A DNA stretch of 64,000 nucleotides from Gemmatimonadota bacterium (GCA_039587755.1 JBDHBD010000012.1:12030-76029), one strand, 5' to 3'; numbered from the stretch's first letter, positions 35,868-46,700 are shown. A program made the numbers and translations. Notes: generated from the sequence alone by a model not told the origin.

Positions 35868-38105
35868 GTGCACAAGTCTGTCATCTCCCGATTATCCATG
35901 GGATGGGTCGTTCTCGTGACGGTGGGCGTCTCCCTGGTCCCCGCGGGTTGTACGGAAGAACCGGCGCCGGCCTGGCGTGGGCCCGGGACCGTTCAGATGG
36001 ATGAGCGGCTGCAGCGGCTCGCCGCCGAGGTGGAACCGATGAACCACCCATACGTTAGGTCCGCCCGGCTGGAACTGGCACTTGGCATCGAGCCGCCGAC
36101 CGACCTGACCAGGCGGTTGACGCTGGAGACGAACATCGCCCGTGAAGCCCTGCGCGTCGGCCAGACCGAGGAGGCCATCGCGAGACTGGAACGGCTGGCG
36201 GCCGAAATCCCGTCCTACCCAGGGCAAGTCTCGAAGCAGCTGGTGGTCGCCATCGTCGAGTCGCTCGGCACGGCATACCTCAGACTGTGGGAGAGGGAAA
36301 ACTGTGTCGAGCCCCAGGGGATCCTGCCCTGCCTTTTCCCCATCGAGACGGGGGGCAGCTCGTCGGTCTCGGGCACCGCTCGATCGGCGGTGAGCGCTCA
36401 CCAGGGCCTGCTGCAGGTCGACCCCGAGAACATGACCGCGCGATTCCTCCTCAACCTGTCCTACATGATGCTCGGCGAGTACCCGCAGGGAGTGCCGGAG
36501 CGGTATCTGATACCACCCGAGGCGCTCGAATCGGAGTACGACGTGGGCCGCTTTCGGGATGTCACCCCCGGGCTGGGGCTGGACGTGATGGGACACCTGG
36601 GCGGGAGCATCATGGATGACTTCGACAGTGACGACGACCTGGACATCGTCATCTCCTCCTGGCACCTGGGCGATCAGCTCCGCCTGTTCCTCAACGAGGG
36701 AGACGGGACGTTCAGGGACGCGACGCTCGAAGCCGGTCTCGAGGGTGTCGTCGGAGGCATCCACATGGAACACGCGGATTACAACAACGACGGGTGGCTC
36801 GACATCCTCATCCTGAGGGGTGCCTGGACCCCCCACGGCGAGCCGAACTCGCTCCTGCGAAACAACGGAGACGGCACCTTCGAAGATGTGACCGAGGTGG
36901 CCGGCTTGCTGGCGACCTACCCTACGCAGAGCGCGAGCTGGGGCGACTACGACAACGACGGCTGGCTGGATCTGTACGTCGGCAACGAATCGACCGGCGG
37001 CAGACGCATTCCGAACCAGCTCTTCCATAACAATCAGGATGGGACCTTTGCCGACGTGGCCGCCGACGCCGGGGTCGCCGTGGTCGGTTTCGTGAAGGCC
37101 GTCACGTGGGGAGACATAGATAACGACGGACGGCTCGACCTCTACATGTCGCGTCTGCTCGAGCCCAACGTGCTTCTCAGAAACGACGGTCCCGATGCCG
37201 AGGGTCGGTGGCGTTTCACCGACGTGACCGCTACCGCGGGCGTGGCGGAGCCGATCGCCAGTTTTCCGACCTGGTTCTGGGATTACGACAACGACGGCTG
37301 GCTGGACATCTTCGTGTCGGACTACAGCGGCACACCGGGCGACCTGGCGGCGGAGTACTTGGGTCTACCGCACCGTGCCGAGTTGCCTCGTCTCTATCGG
37401 AACTCAGGTGACGGCACGTTCGCGGATGCCATGGAGAGGGTGCGGCTGGATCGGATCATGATCACGATGGGCTCCAACTACGGTGATCTGGATAACGACG
37501 GCTGGGAGGATTTCTACCTGGCTACGGGCGAAGCGAATCTTCAGACGATCATCCCGAACCGCATGTTCCGGAACGCCGGCGGCGAGGTCTTCCAGGATGT
37601 AACCACCTCGGGTGGCTTCGGGCACCTGGGCAAGGGTCACGGCGTGGCGTTCGGTGACCTGGACAACGACGGCGATCAGGACATCTACGCGACCATGGGC
37701 GGTGCGTATGAGGCGGACCTGGCGCGCAACGTCCTGTTCGAGAACCCGGGACACGGGAACCGCTGGATCACGCTACGCCTGGAAGGCGTGCAATCGAACC
37801 GCTCCGCGATCGGAGCGCGCCTAAGAGTCGTCGTCCGAACGGATTCGGGGCAGCGGGAGATTCACCGGATGGTCAGCAGTGGCGGAACCTTCGGCACCAA
37901 CAGCCTGCAACAGGAGATCGGGCTGGGACAGGCCCTCGCCATCCAGGCCGTCGAGGTCACGTGGCCGGCTACGGGAGAGACCGACACGTTCACCGACGTG
38001 GAGCTGGACCGCGTGTATCGGCTGCGAGAAGGGGACGGCTCGTTGACGCCGGTCACGGTCACGCGGTTCAGACTCAGCGGTGCGAGCGAGGGTACGCGAC
38101 CCTAG
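35868..38105 (+). CDS. CRTAC1-family lipoprotein: N-terminal helical (TPR-like) region, FG-GAP/VCBS beta-propeller repeats, and a C-terminal ASPIC/UnbV domain
   Basis: Lipobox ...VSLVPAGC. Seven D.DNDGW.D motifs (DSDDDLDIV, DYNNDGWLDI, DYDNDGWLDL, DIDNDGRLDL, DYDNDGWLDI, DLDNDGWEDF, DLDNDGDQDI). The C-terminal RWITLRLEGVQSNRSAIGARLRVV...SSGGTFGTNS is ASPIC-like. Confidence 0.8.
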   Translation: MHKSVISRLSMGWVVLVTVGVSLVPAGCTEEPAPAWRGPGTVQMDERLQRLAAEVEPMNHPYVRSARLELALGIEPPTDLTRRLTLETNIAREALRVGQTEEAIARLERLAAEIPSYPGQVSKQLVVAIVESLGTAYLRLWERENCVEPQGILPCLFPIETGGSSSVSGTARSAVSAHQGLLQVDPENMTARFLLNLSYMMLGEYPQGVPERYLIPPEALESEYDVGRFRDVTPGLGLDVMGHLGGSIMDDFDSDDDLDIVISSWHLGDQLRLFLNEGDGTFRDATLEAGLEGVVGGIHMEHADYNNDGWLDILILRGAWTPHGEPNSLLRNNGDGTFEDVTEVAGLLATYPTQSASWGDYDNDGWLDLYVGNESTGGRRIPNQLFHNNQDGTFADVAADAGVAVVGFVKAVTWGDIDNDGRLDLYMSRLLEPNVLLRNDGPDAEGRWRFTDVTATAGVAEPIASFPTWFWDYDNDGWLDIFVSDYSGTPGDLAAEYLGLPHRAELPRLYRNSGDGTFADAMERVRLDRIMITMGSNYGDLDNDGWEDFYLATGEANLQTIIPNRMFRNAGGEVFQDVTTSGGFGHLGKGHGVAFGDLDNDGDQDIYATMGGAYEADLARNVLFENPGHGNRWITLRLEGVQSNRSAIGARLRVVVRTDSGQREIHRMVSSGGTFGTNSLQQEIGLGQALAIQAVEVTWPATGETDTFTDVELDRVYRLREGDGSLTPVTVTRFRLSGASEGTRP

Positions 38106-38150
38106 GCCGCCAGGCTCATCCCCCTCTGCCATCCTCGCGCGACCAGGCCT

Positions 38151-41100
38151 TCACCTCCCGGGCCACCGGGCTGTCACCTCGCTAACCCCCGTGGGGACGG
38201 GAGCTCGGCTTTCTGAGCCCCCCGGCCACCGTACCCGAACCTCGACGGGCTCGCCTTCGAGACCCAGTACCTGGACCGGATGGTCCTGCGACCAGTACCC
38301 GGAGCCTCCATGCACCTCCCGGGCTGGACCCACCCGTCCGGCGTACGCGACGCGAATTACCGCGCCGATTCCATCCGGATTGCCCTCCGGCCCCACCAGC
38401 CGAACGCGGAGTCCCGGTCGCGCTCCCGCGTTCCTGTAGAGCTTCGTGGCAGCTCCATTCTGGGCCACGGCCAGGTCTATGCGTCCGTCGCCGTCGTAGT
38501 CCGCCAGAGCGGCTCCCCGCTGGTCCCCATGAATCCGGATGCCGGATCTCGCAGAGGAAACCGCCTCCAGTCCACCGTCCCCGTCACCCTGGAGGAGCAG
38601 ACCCAGTCCGGAGTCGTGCCGAGGCTGGTCGAGACGCGTGGGGAAGAAATTCTGGCTCAGGAAGACGTCCTCTCGGCCATCTCCGTCCAGGTCGGCCACG
38701 GCAACCCCCATGGCGGGGACGAACTGGGCCTCGATCGGAAGCGGAACCGCCTCGAAGCGATCGCCACGGTTCAGCAGAAGGAGGTGGTCGTAGCGCCTGG
38801 CGACCTTGCGGGCGACCTCCTCCGGAGGGGCTCCCAGTACCTCCCCGAGCGATGCCTCGCTGTACGCTTCGTAGGTGGGCACCCTGGCGCGGACGGAGGG
38901 CACGGCCGCCCTCAGCCGCTCGTAGCTCTCAACGGGGCGAGGCTCGTTGCCGGCCCGGTCCGGCTGGGCCAGCAGGAGATCCCAGGAGCCGTTGCGGTCA
39001 AGGTCGCCATGGTACAGGACCAGTGGGCGTCCGGTCCGGGGCTGGTGCCGGACGTTTCGACCCCACCCCGTAACTACCACGTCCAAGCGTCCGTCGCCGT
39101 TCAGGTCCCCCGTGGTGATCCCGTTCCAGCGTCCTTGGAGCGCATCCAGCCCCCATTCCTCGGTCGCGTCCGTGAACCGACCTGTGTCGTTCACGAAGAG
39201 GCGGACCGGCCCCCATTCCAGCGCAAGGAGGAGGTCCGGGTCACCATCGGAGTCCACATCCGAAAACACGGCCCCCGAAACCAGTCCGACATCCTTCAGG
39301 ACGAGATCGTTCTGGCCGTCCAGTTGGAAATCGCCCATCTCATTTCGAAAGAGACGCGACGAGCCGGGAAGGGGATAGAACGCTGGGACCATCCGCCCCC
39401 CAACGAAGAGGTCCAGGTCTCCGTCTCCGTCCGTGTCTGCCAGCGCCAGGGAACCGGCCCTGGTGAGCGCACCGTCGACCACAGGCACCGGTGCCGTCGG
39501 CGAGGATGCGGGCTCCACCCGTAAGACAGCCGGAACGCCCAACACCTCTTCGGCGGACAAGGGCTCGTAGCTTGACTGCCCCACCAAGAGCAGTCGCCGG
39601 CCATTGGCCCCAGGAACGGCTACGGCCGCCGTGCGATCGAGCTGGGAGGCCGTGTCCTCCAGGATAACCTCGGTGAACCGGTCTCGGTCGTTTCGCAGGT
39701 ACCCCAGGCGGCCGCCGCTTCCCGGAGGAATTACAAGGTCCGGATCTCCGTCGGCGTCTATGTCGATCCAGCTCACTCCCGGGCCCAGTCGGCTGGGTTG
39801 GTACGGGAGAAGGGGCTGAAACAGGAAGTCCTCGTACAGAGTCTCCGTGTGCGTGTGATCCAGGAGGTGTGATTGGTCCACAAAGAGTGGGGTCGGCTCG
39901 TCCTCGGCAGTGACGCTCGTGCCTCCACTCGCCGCTTCATCGACGGCCGTCGTCGGTCCGTTCTCCCACACCTCGAAGAGCCGATCGGGGCGCACGGCGT
40001 CGATAACGGTCCGGGCTCCGGACGGCCAGTCGATCTCGAGAGCCAGGGAGTCGGACTCACCGGCTGCGAAGGTGAGCAGCGGGTCCGAGCTGGAGAGGTA
40101 GAGGCCGCCGGCCGTCATTTCCCTCTCCTGGACCGGGACGGCTCCGCCGATCAATCGGACCTTCGCCCCCACGCCCCGGGTGTTGAGGGTTCCGCCCTTC
40201 AGTCGAACCGCCACTCGCGCACGAACGACGTCGTTGCGGAGAACCAGGGCCGGCGCCCCCAGACGATTGACCACGACATCCTGATCGCCGTCCCCATCCA
40301 GGTCGCCGGCGGCCATGCCATGCGAGATGTCATCCTCGGTCCCGAAGCCCCACGCCTCACCCACCTCCCGAAACGTGAGATCTCCCTGGTTGTGGAAGGC
40401 TACATTGCGTGTTTTGAACTCCCGGTAGAGGAGCTTCATGTGCCGGGTGGTGGCCCGACTCGCGAGAGTGTTGATCCGGTCCACCTCGTCCCCATGCATG
40501 GTGTCCCGCGAGTAGCCGTTGGCCACCAGGAGGTCCTCGAAGCCGTCCAGATCCACGTCGAGAAACAACGAGCCCCATGTCCACTCCGACGCGTCCACTC
40601 CCGCCAGCTCGGCGATCTGGGCGAAGGAACCGTCCCCGCGGTTCAGAAACAAGGTGTTTCGGTTGGCCTGCGGACGGTCATCGATGACGCCGATGGGCTT
40701 CCGCAGCGGCCCGTGAAACGGAATCTGGACGAGCTTCCGGAGGGGGTCCCGCGCCAGCATCTCGCTCACAAAAAAGTCCACCCGGCCGTCCCGGTCCAGA
40801 TCGGCGAAATCCACCGACATGGAAGCATGGCTCGAGGTGCGCAGCGACAAGCCGGGCGTGGCACGAAAGGTCCCGGCCCCCTGATTGATCCACAGTTGGT
40901 CGGGGTCATCGAAGTCGTTGCAGACGTAGAGGTCCGGGTCCCCATCCGCGTCCACATCGTAGAACCGAGCCGAAAGGCCGAAGTCGTCGACGTCGCGCTC
41001 CAGCTTGCGCCCCTCCTCGTCCACGAACGCCCCTTCGGTCCAGGAGACGGGCTCGAAGCGACCGGTACCGTCGTTCAAGTAGAGTCGGTCCGGCTCGGCC

Positions 41101-41867
41101 TGTTCCACAGCCACCCTGAGCCCCCTCCGCTCCTCCATCCGGTAGTGGTCGCGAAACTCCGGCGCCACGACGACCGAATCGCCCTGCGTATCTACGATCT
41201 CGGATGGGGAACGCTCGAGCATGCGGAGGACATCACTGGCGCTCTCAACCTTGTAAGCCGTGAGATAGAGGTCGAGATCACCATCCGCGTCGACATCGGC
41301 GAGCGTCATGGTCGTGCTCCCGAGGCCGGGGGTGAGGCCGGCGTCGGTGGTCGCCTCCGTGAACCGTCCGGTTCCGTCGTTCCGGAACACGGCGTCGGGC
41401 CCCGCCAGCGAGGTGACGAGGAGATCCAGATCGCCATCGCCGTCGATGTCCACCAACACCGCCCCGGTAGAGTAGCGGTCGTTAGCGGCTACCCCGGCAT
41501 ACTCGGTCACGTCCTCGAACTGCCACTCGCCCAGGTTCCGGTACAGGCGATTGGGTCCCTGGAGACGATTCAGGTAGACATCCGTGATGCCGTCACCGTC
41601 CACGTCGCCCAGAGCCACCCCGGAGCCCACCAGCAGGTGCTCGTTGTCCAGGGCACGCTCGATCTCGAGGACGTTGGCGAAGTCGATCCCCGTCCGGGAG
41701 GGGGCCACCCGTGTGAAACCGGCATCGCCTCTGGCCGGAACGCGGAGCTCGCGCCAACGGTAGCCGTCGGCGTCCTGCCACTCCGGTGGTGAGGGCGACG
41801 AGCACGAAGTCGAACAGAAGCCGACAAGGATCAGGAAAAAGAGGAGTTTCTTTAGCAAAAGCAACAC
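38151..41867 (-). CDS. Giant CRTAC1-family lipoprotein (~1240 aa) with two FG-GAP/VCBS propeller plus ASPIC/UnbV modules in tandem
   Basis: The likely GTG/TTG start near 41867 gives VLLLLKKLLFFLILVGFCSTSC (lipobox). The track ORF extends to 41984. There are many D.D.DGD.D repeats and two ASPIC-like segments (GAKVRLIGGAV...SSSDP and GIGAVIRVAYAG...HGGSGYWSQD). Confidence 0.8.
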   Translation of the reverse strand: MLLLLKKLLFFLILVGFCSTSCSSPSPPEWQDADGYRWRELRVPARGDAGFTRVAPSRTGIDFANVLEIERALDNEHLLVGSGVALGDVDGDGITDVYLNRLQGPNRLYRNLGEWQFEDVTEYAGVAANDRYSTGAVLVDIDGDGDLDLLVTSLAGPDAVFRNDGTGRFTEATTDAGLTPGLGSTTMTLADVDADGDLDLYLTAYKVESASDVLRMLERSPSEIVDTQGDSVVVAPEFRDHYRMEERRGLRVAVEQAEPDRLYLNDGTGRFEPVSWTEGAFVDEEGRKLERDVDDFGLSARFYDVDADGDPDLYVCNDFDDPDQLWINQGAGTFRATPGLSLRTSSHASMSVDFADLDRDGRVDFFVSEMLARDPLRKLVQIPFHGPLRKPIGVIDDRPQANRNTLFLNRGDGSFAQIAELAGVDASEWTWGSLFLDVDLDGFEDLLVANGYSRDTMHGDEVDRINTLASRATTRHMKLLYREFKTRNVAFHNQGDLTFREVGEAWGFGTEDDISHGMAAGDLDGDGDQDVVVNRLGAPALVLRNDVVRARVAVRLKGGTLNTRGVGAKVRLIGGAVPVQEREMTAGGLYLSSSDPLLTFAAGESDSLALEIDWPSGARTVIDAVRPDRLFEVWENGPTTAVDEAASGGTSVTAEDEPTPLFVDQSHLLDHTHTETLYEDFLFQPLLPYQPSRLGPGVSWIDIDADGDPDLVIPPGSGGRLGYLRNDRDRFTEVILEDTASQLDRTAAVAVPGANGRRLLLVGQSSYEPLSAEEVLGVPAVLRVEPASSPTAPVPVVDGALTRAGSLALADTDGDGDLDLFVGGRMVPAFYPLPGSSRLFRNEMGDFQLDGQNDLVLKDVGLVSGAVFSDVDSDGDPDLLLALEWGPVRLFVNDTGRFTDATEEWGLDALQGRWNGITTGDLNGDGRLDVVVTGWGRNVRHQPRTGRPLVLYHGDLDRNGSWDLLLAQPDRAGNEPRPVESYERLRAAVPSVRARVPTYEAYSEASLGEVLGAPPEEVARKVARRYDHLLLLNRGDRFEAVPLPIEAQFVPAMGVAVADLDGDGREDVFLSQNFFPTRLDQPRHDSGLGLLLQGDGDGGLEAVSSARSGIRIHGDQRGAALADYDGDGRIDLAVAQNGAATKLYRNAGARPGLRVRLVGPEGNPDGIGAVIRVAYAGRVGPAREVHGGSGYWSQDHPVQVLGLEGEPVEVRVRWPGGSESRAPVPTGVSEVTARWPGR

Positions 41868-41991
41868 CCCACCAAACGTTGCGCCCGAGGGCGCGTATTC
41901 TCTCGGGCGTCGGTGCTGCCCGCAAGCTGGGCGCGGGAGTCGGAAGCGGTGTTCTTTGTGAGAAATACCAGCGTGCGAGGCCATGGGAGAG

Positions 41992-42066
41992 TGGGCCCGG
42001 GTGGATTTGAACCACCGACCTCTCGCTTATCAGGCGAGCGCTCTAACCAGGCTGAGCTACGGGCCC
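41992..42066 (-). tRNA. tRNA-Ile (anticodon GAT)
   Basis: The reverse complement GGGCCCGTAGCTCAGCCTGGTTAGAGCGCTCGCCTGATAAGCGAGAGGTCGGTGGTTCAAATCCACCCGGGCCCA folds as a cloverleaf. It has a 7-bp acceptor stem, a CTGATAA anticodon loop and a GGTTCAAATCC T-arm. CCA is not encoded. Confidence 0.85.
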
Positions 42067-42230
42067 TGGGTGAGAAAAAAGAAGGCGAGCCATCGGGTCA
42101 GCTCGCCCCTGCCTCGCCCACGTCAATGTCGTAGTGAGGAAGCTTCGATCGCAAGTCGCTACTGCGCGCCCTCCTGACCCCGGCGTTCAACTCCACCTAC
42201 CCGAAAGAACCCCGGGAGAGCCGAGGCGCT

Positions 42231-42434
42231 TTAATGGTCGTCTTCGTCGTCGTCTTCGTCGTCGTCGAAGTCGTCCCATTCGTCGCCCCAGTCATCGTCG
42301 TCCAGGTCGTCGTCCTCTTCCTCCCAGTCTTCCTCGTTCCAGTCTTCGTCATCTTGCGCGCGAAGCTCGAACACACCGGATGACCCTCGCCGTCGCTCGT
42401 CGAGTAACGCGACCGCGAACCGCTCCTTCGCCAT
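42231..42434 (-). CDS. Small hyperacidic protein (~67 aa) with a D/E/W-rich tail
   Basis: MAKERFAVALLDERRRGSSGVFELRAQDDEDWNEEDWEEEDDDLDDDDWGDEWDDFDDDEDDDEDDH, with GGAGGA upstream of the ATG at 42434. The track ORF extends to 42479. Confidence 0.5.
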   Translation of the reverse strand: MAKERFAVALLDERRRGSSGVFELRAQDDEDWNEEDWEEEDDDLDDDDWGDEWDDFDDDEDDDEDDH

Positions 42435-42651
42435 CGGAGATCCTCCTCCAAGGGACCGCCAGGCCTGGCTAAACCACACGGGGTCAGGGAAACCGCGGCG
42501 AAGCTAACAGCACGCGATCAAGTGTCAAGATCCCCCTATCCGCAGCGCAAATGGGGCGGTTCACGGCGACTGGTCCGCCGGTTTGCCTGCCCGTGACCCA
42601 AGCCTCTACTTTGCGCCTATGAAGCGTACCGATGGCGCTCCGTGCTCCCGA

Positions 42652-43671
42652 ATGCGACTCGCGTCTCTTCCAGCCGCGTCCACCTTCGTCATGGTGCTTG
42701 TGCTCTCCGCGTGCGGGCAGCCACAGGCGATGGGACAGCCGAACAGCTTGATCGTGGTGGCGGCAGACTCTCTGTGGGCGGAGGTCGAGGACAGCACGTA
42801 CGCCGTCCTCGAGCCCACGATCTTCACGACCCGGGAAGAGAACCGCTTTAACGTGACGCAGGTCGATCCGTCGGCCAGGGAGTTTCAGGACCTGCGGAAC
42901 TTCCGCCAGCTGCTCGTCTTCGGCACGGCCGACGATCCACGGATCCGACAGGTCGCGGCGGCTGCGGATCGTGTCGGTACGCTGGAGGTCCCGTCCGTCT
43001 TCCAGGCGTCCGAGGTGTGGGCGCGCGGGCAGGTCGTCACGGCGATTCTGCTCGAGGAGGGACGAGAGGTCGAGACGTGGCTCGGTCAGCTGCCTGCCGT
43101 TCTCGGGATGGTGGACAGCGACTATCGCGCGTTCGTGCGGGCCAAGATGTTCGTCACGCCTCCGGACACCGCGCTGGCCACCGACCTGGCGGAGCGCTTC
43201 GGCTTCTCGCTCCTCGTCCCCGAGGTGTACGATCACGTCGTGCGGGAGGGTCCGCTCGAGACCGTGGCGATCCTGCGCAACGACAATCCGGATCCCAGTC
43301 AGCTGATCCGCTCGATCCTCGTCACGTGGCGTGACGGCGTGGACTCTCTGACGGCCGAAACGGCTCTCGCATGGCGTGCCGATGTGGATGGCATCCACTA
43401 CAACGTCCCTCAGCGGATCAACGCGGAGCGCTCGACGGTGACCGGATTCGCGCACGGCGGGGCGCCGGCGCTGGAGGTCACGGGCGTGTGGGAGGACGAG
43501 GAGGGCAATTACCCGGCGGCGGGCCCCTTCATCGTGTGGCTCGTCCGCTGCGGCGACCGGACGTTTCTGCTCGACGCGTGGTTGTACGCTCCGGGCAGGG
43601 ACAAGTACGAATACATTCTCCAGCTTCAGGAGATTCTGGGCTCGTTTGCGTGCGCTCCATCGACGGGATGA
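42652..43671 (+). CDS. Lipoprotein, DUF4837-like
   Basis: MRLASLPAASTFVMVLVLSACG is a lipobox. The track ORF starts at 42583. Family assignment is from memory and weak. The overlapping minus-strand 459-aa ORF is judged spurious. Confidence 0.55.
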   Translation: MRLASLPAASTFVMVLVLSACGQPQAMGQPNSLIVVAADSLWAEVEDSTYAVLEPTIFTTREENRFNVTQVDPSAREFQDLRNFRQLLVFGTADDPRIRQVAAAADRVGTLEVPSVFQASEVWARGQVVTAILLEEGREVETWLGQLPAVLGMVDSDYRAFVRAKMFVTPPDTALATDLAERFGFSLLVPEVYDHVVREGPLETVAILRNDNPDPSQLIRSILVTWRDGVDSLTAETALAWRADVDGIHYNVPQRINAERSTVTGFAHGGAPALEVTGVWEDEEGNYPAAGPFIVWLVRCGDRTFLLDAWLYAPGRDKYEYILQLQEILGSFACAPSTG

Positions 43672-43740
43672 GACGGTCATCCCCCCTTTGCTCGCCCCCG
43701 GCGCCCGCACGTAGCTATCGACAGGCTGGCTGACCGCACT

Positions 43741-46700
43741 ATGCAGTTCGTTCACCTGCACACGCACAGCGAATACTCGTTGCTCGACGGGGCCAACCGA
43801 CTCGACGAGCTCGTCGACCGCGCCGTCGAGTTCGGGATGCCGGCCCTCGCGCTCACCGATCACGGCAATCTACACGGCGCGTGGGAGTTCCAGGAGAAGG
43901 CACGCAAGCGAGGGCTGCGACCGATCATCGGGTGCGAAGCCTACGTGGCGTACGGTGACCGTCGCGCACGCGAGATACCGCCCGATGCCCCGGCGCCCTA
44001 CGCACACCTGGTTCTCCTGGCAGAGAACGAGATTGGCTACCACAACCTCGTTCGACTCTCATCGATCGGTTACACGGAGGGCTTCTACCGGAGACCACGC
44101 ATCGACCGCGACGTGCTCGAGGAGCACGCCGACGGTCTGATCGCCCTCTCGGCCTGTATGTCGGGCGAGGTCGCCAAGAATCTCCTCCTGGATCGCTTCG
44201 AGCGGGCTCGCGAAGCGGCCGAGTGGCATGCGCGGGTGTTCGGCCCCGGACGGTACTGGCTGGAGGTACAGCGGCACGGGATCCCGGGGCAGGAGAAGGT
44301 GAACGAGGGCGTGTTCCAGCTGGCCGAGGCCCTCGGTCTGGGCGTGGTGGCGACGAACGACGCGCACTACCTGCGACGTGAGGACGCGGACGCCCACGAC
44401 ACCCTCCTCTGCATCGGCACGGGCAGGGACAAGTCGGACCCGAACCGCCTCCGCTTCCACGGCGAAGAGAGCTACTTCAAGTCGGCGGCCGAGATGGCCG
44501 AGCTGTTCCCCGATCGGCCGGACGTGCTCGCCAACACCCTCGAGATCGCCGAAGGCTGCGAAGTTCGCTTCGAGCAGCAGTATCAGCTGCCGACGTTCCC
44601 GCTTCCCGAGGCATTCAAGGACGACGCATCCATGCTGCGCGATCTCGCGGAACGAGGAGCGCGCGATCGGTACGGAGATCCGCTGCCAGCGGATGCCCAT
44701 GAGCGGTTGGAGTACGAGCTCGATGTCATCGCCAAGACGGGGTACGCAGGCTACTTCCTGATTGTTTGGGACTTCATCCGGGCGGCCAAGGAACGGGACA
44801 TTCCGGTGGGGCCAGGGAGAGGATCGTCGGCCGGCTCGATCGTCGCATACTCGTTGGGCGTGACCGACGTCGACCCGCTCGCCTTCGACCTACTGTTCGA
44901 GCGCTTCCTGAACCCCGATCGGATCTCGATGCCGGACATCGACATCGACTTTTGCTACGAGCGGCGCGGTGAGGTGATCGATTACGTCAGAGAAAAGTAC
45001 GGCCAGAAGTCGGTCGGCCAGATCATCACGTTCGGGACCATGAAGGCGCGTGCCGTCGTGCGGGACGTGGGTCGCGTGCTCGGTTTCTCGCCCGCCGACA
45101 CGGACCGTCTGGCGAAGCTCATCCCGAGCAGTCCCGGCTTCTCGCTCACCGTCGCGCAGGCGGTTCACAAAGTCCAGGAGCTGAAGGAGCTGTACGAGGA
45201 CGACCCGGCCGTCCGGAAGCTGCTCGACTACGCCACCCGCATCGAGGGACTGGCACGCCACAGCTCGGTGCACGCGGCGGGGGTCGTGATCGCGCCCGGT
45301 CCACTCGACCACTACGTCCCGATCTGCGCCGACACCAAGAACGGCGAGGACACGGTCATCACTCAGTTCGACATGGTCGCTCTCGAGAAGGCGGGCATGC
45401 TCAAGATGGACTTCCTCGGGCTGCGGACCCTCACCGTGATCCACGACGCGATGGCCAGCGTCGCACAGCGTCACGGAGTCGAGATCGACTGGGAGGAGAT
45501 CGGGTTCGAAGACGCCGCCGTCTATGAAATGCTGGCGTCCGGGCGGACCAGCGGCGTGTTCCAGTTCGAGTCCTCGCTCGCCACCGACAAGCTGCGAGGG
45601 ATGCGGTGCGACCGCTTCGACGACCTGGTCGCGGTGAACGCACTCATCCGGCCCGGACCGCTCGACTCCGGAATGACGGACGTCTACATCCGCCGCAAAC
45701 GAGGCTTCGCGCCGGTCGAATACCCCCATCCCGACCTCGCCGACGTTCTGGAGCCTACGTACGGTGTCATCACCTACCAGGAGCAGGTGATGCGCGTTGC
45801 CAACGTATTGGCCGGCTTCTCGCTCGCCGAAGCGGATGTGCTTCGCAAGGCGGTGGGGAAGAAGGACGCGAAGCTCACCGCAAAGGTGCTCGCCGACTTC
45901 GTGAAGAGGGCCGTTAAACGGGGGACCTCAGCCGAAAAAGCCACCGAGATCGCGGAGCTGATCCGAACGTTCGGTCGCTACGGCTTCCCCAAGGCACATT
46001 CGGTGGCCTACGCGGTTCTCTCGTTCCGGACTGCCTGGCTGAAGACGCACTACCCCGCGGAGTTCATGGCCGCACTGTTGTCGTCCGAGATCGGCAACAC
46101 GGACAAGGTCGTCACGTACATCGCGGAGGCCCGGGGGCTGCGAATCGATGTCCTTCCGCCGAGTGTGAGCGAGTCCACGTACCGGTTCACGGTCGTGGCC
46201 GATGATCGGATCCGGTTCGGTCTCGGTGCGATCAAGGGGGTAGGACACGGAGCGATCCAGTCGATCATCGAGGCTCGTGAGGAGAAGCCCTTCGACTCTT
46301 TTCTCGACTTCCTGCAGCGCATTGATCTGCGTTTGAACAACAAGCGGGTGGTGGAGGCGCTCATCGGAGCCGGGGCTCTGGACGATTTCGGCGGGCGGGC
46401 GCGTCTGATGGCCGGGCTTGATCTGATGTTCAACGAGGCGCAGCTCCGAAAACGCGAAACGGAGACCGGTCAGACTTCTCTCTTCGGCGGCGGCGAGCAG
46501 CGACGAACGGCACCCGTCCTTCCCGACACCGAGCCCTGGGGTGAGCGTCGGCGGCTAAAGGAGGAGAAGGAGCGCCTGGGGTTCTACATTTCGGGCCACC
46601 CGCTCGACCGATATCGAGAGCTGGTAGAGCTATACGAGCTGACGGCGAACAGCTCGAACTTCGCCGAGTTCCGGGAGCGGTCGATCGAGGTCGCGTGTGT

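Noticed and set aside
38280-41792. Long plus-strand ORFs 38280..39524 and 39873..41792
   Set aside because: Antisense shadows of the giant CRTAC1-like gene; no domain signatures.
42484-43863. 459-aa minus-strand ORF
   Set aside because: It overlaps the plus-strand lipoprotein gene, which has a proper lipobox and coding-like composition. The minus-strand product is Arg/Pro-rich with no motifs and runs into the dnaE start region.
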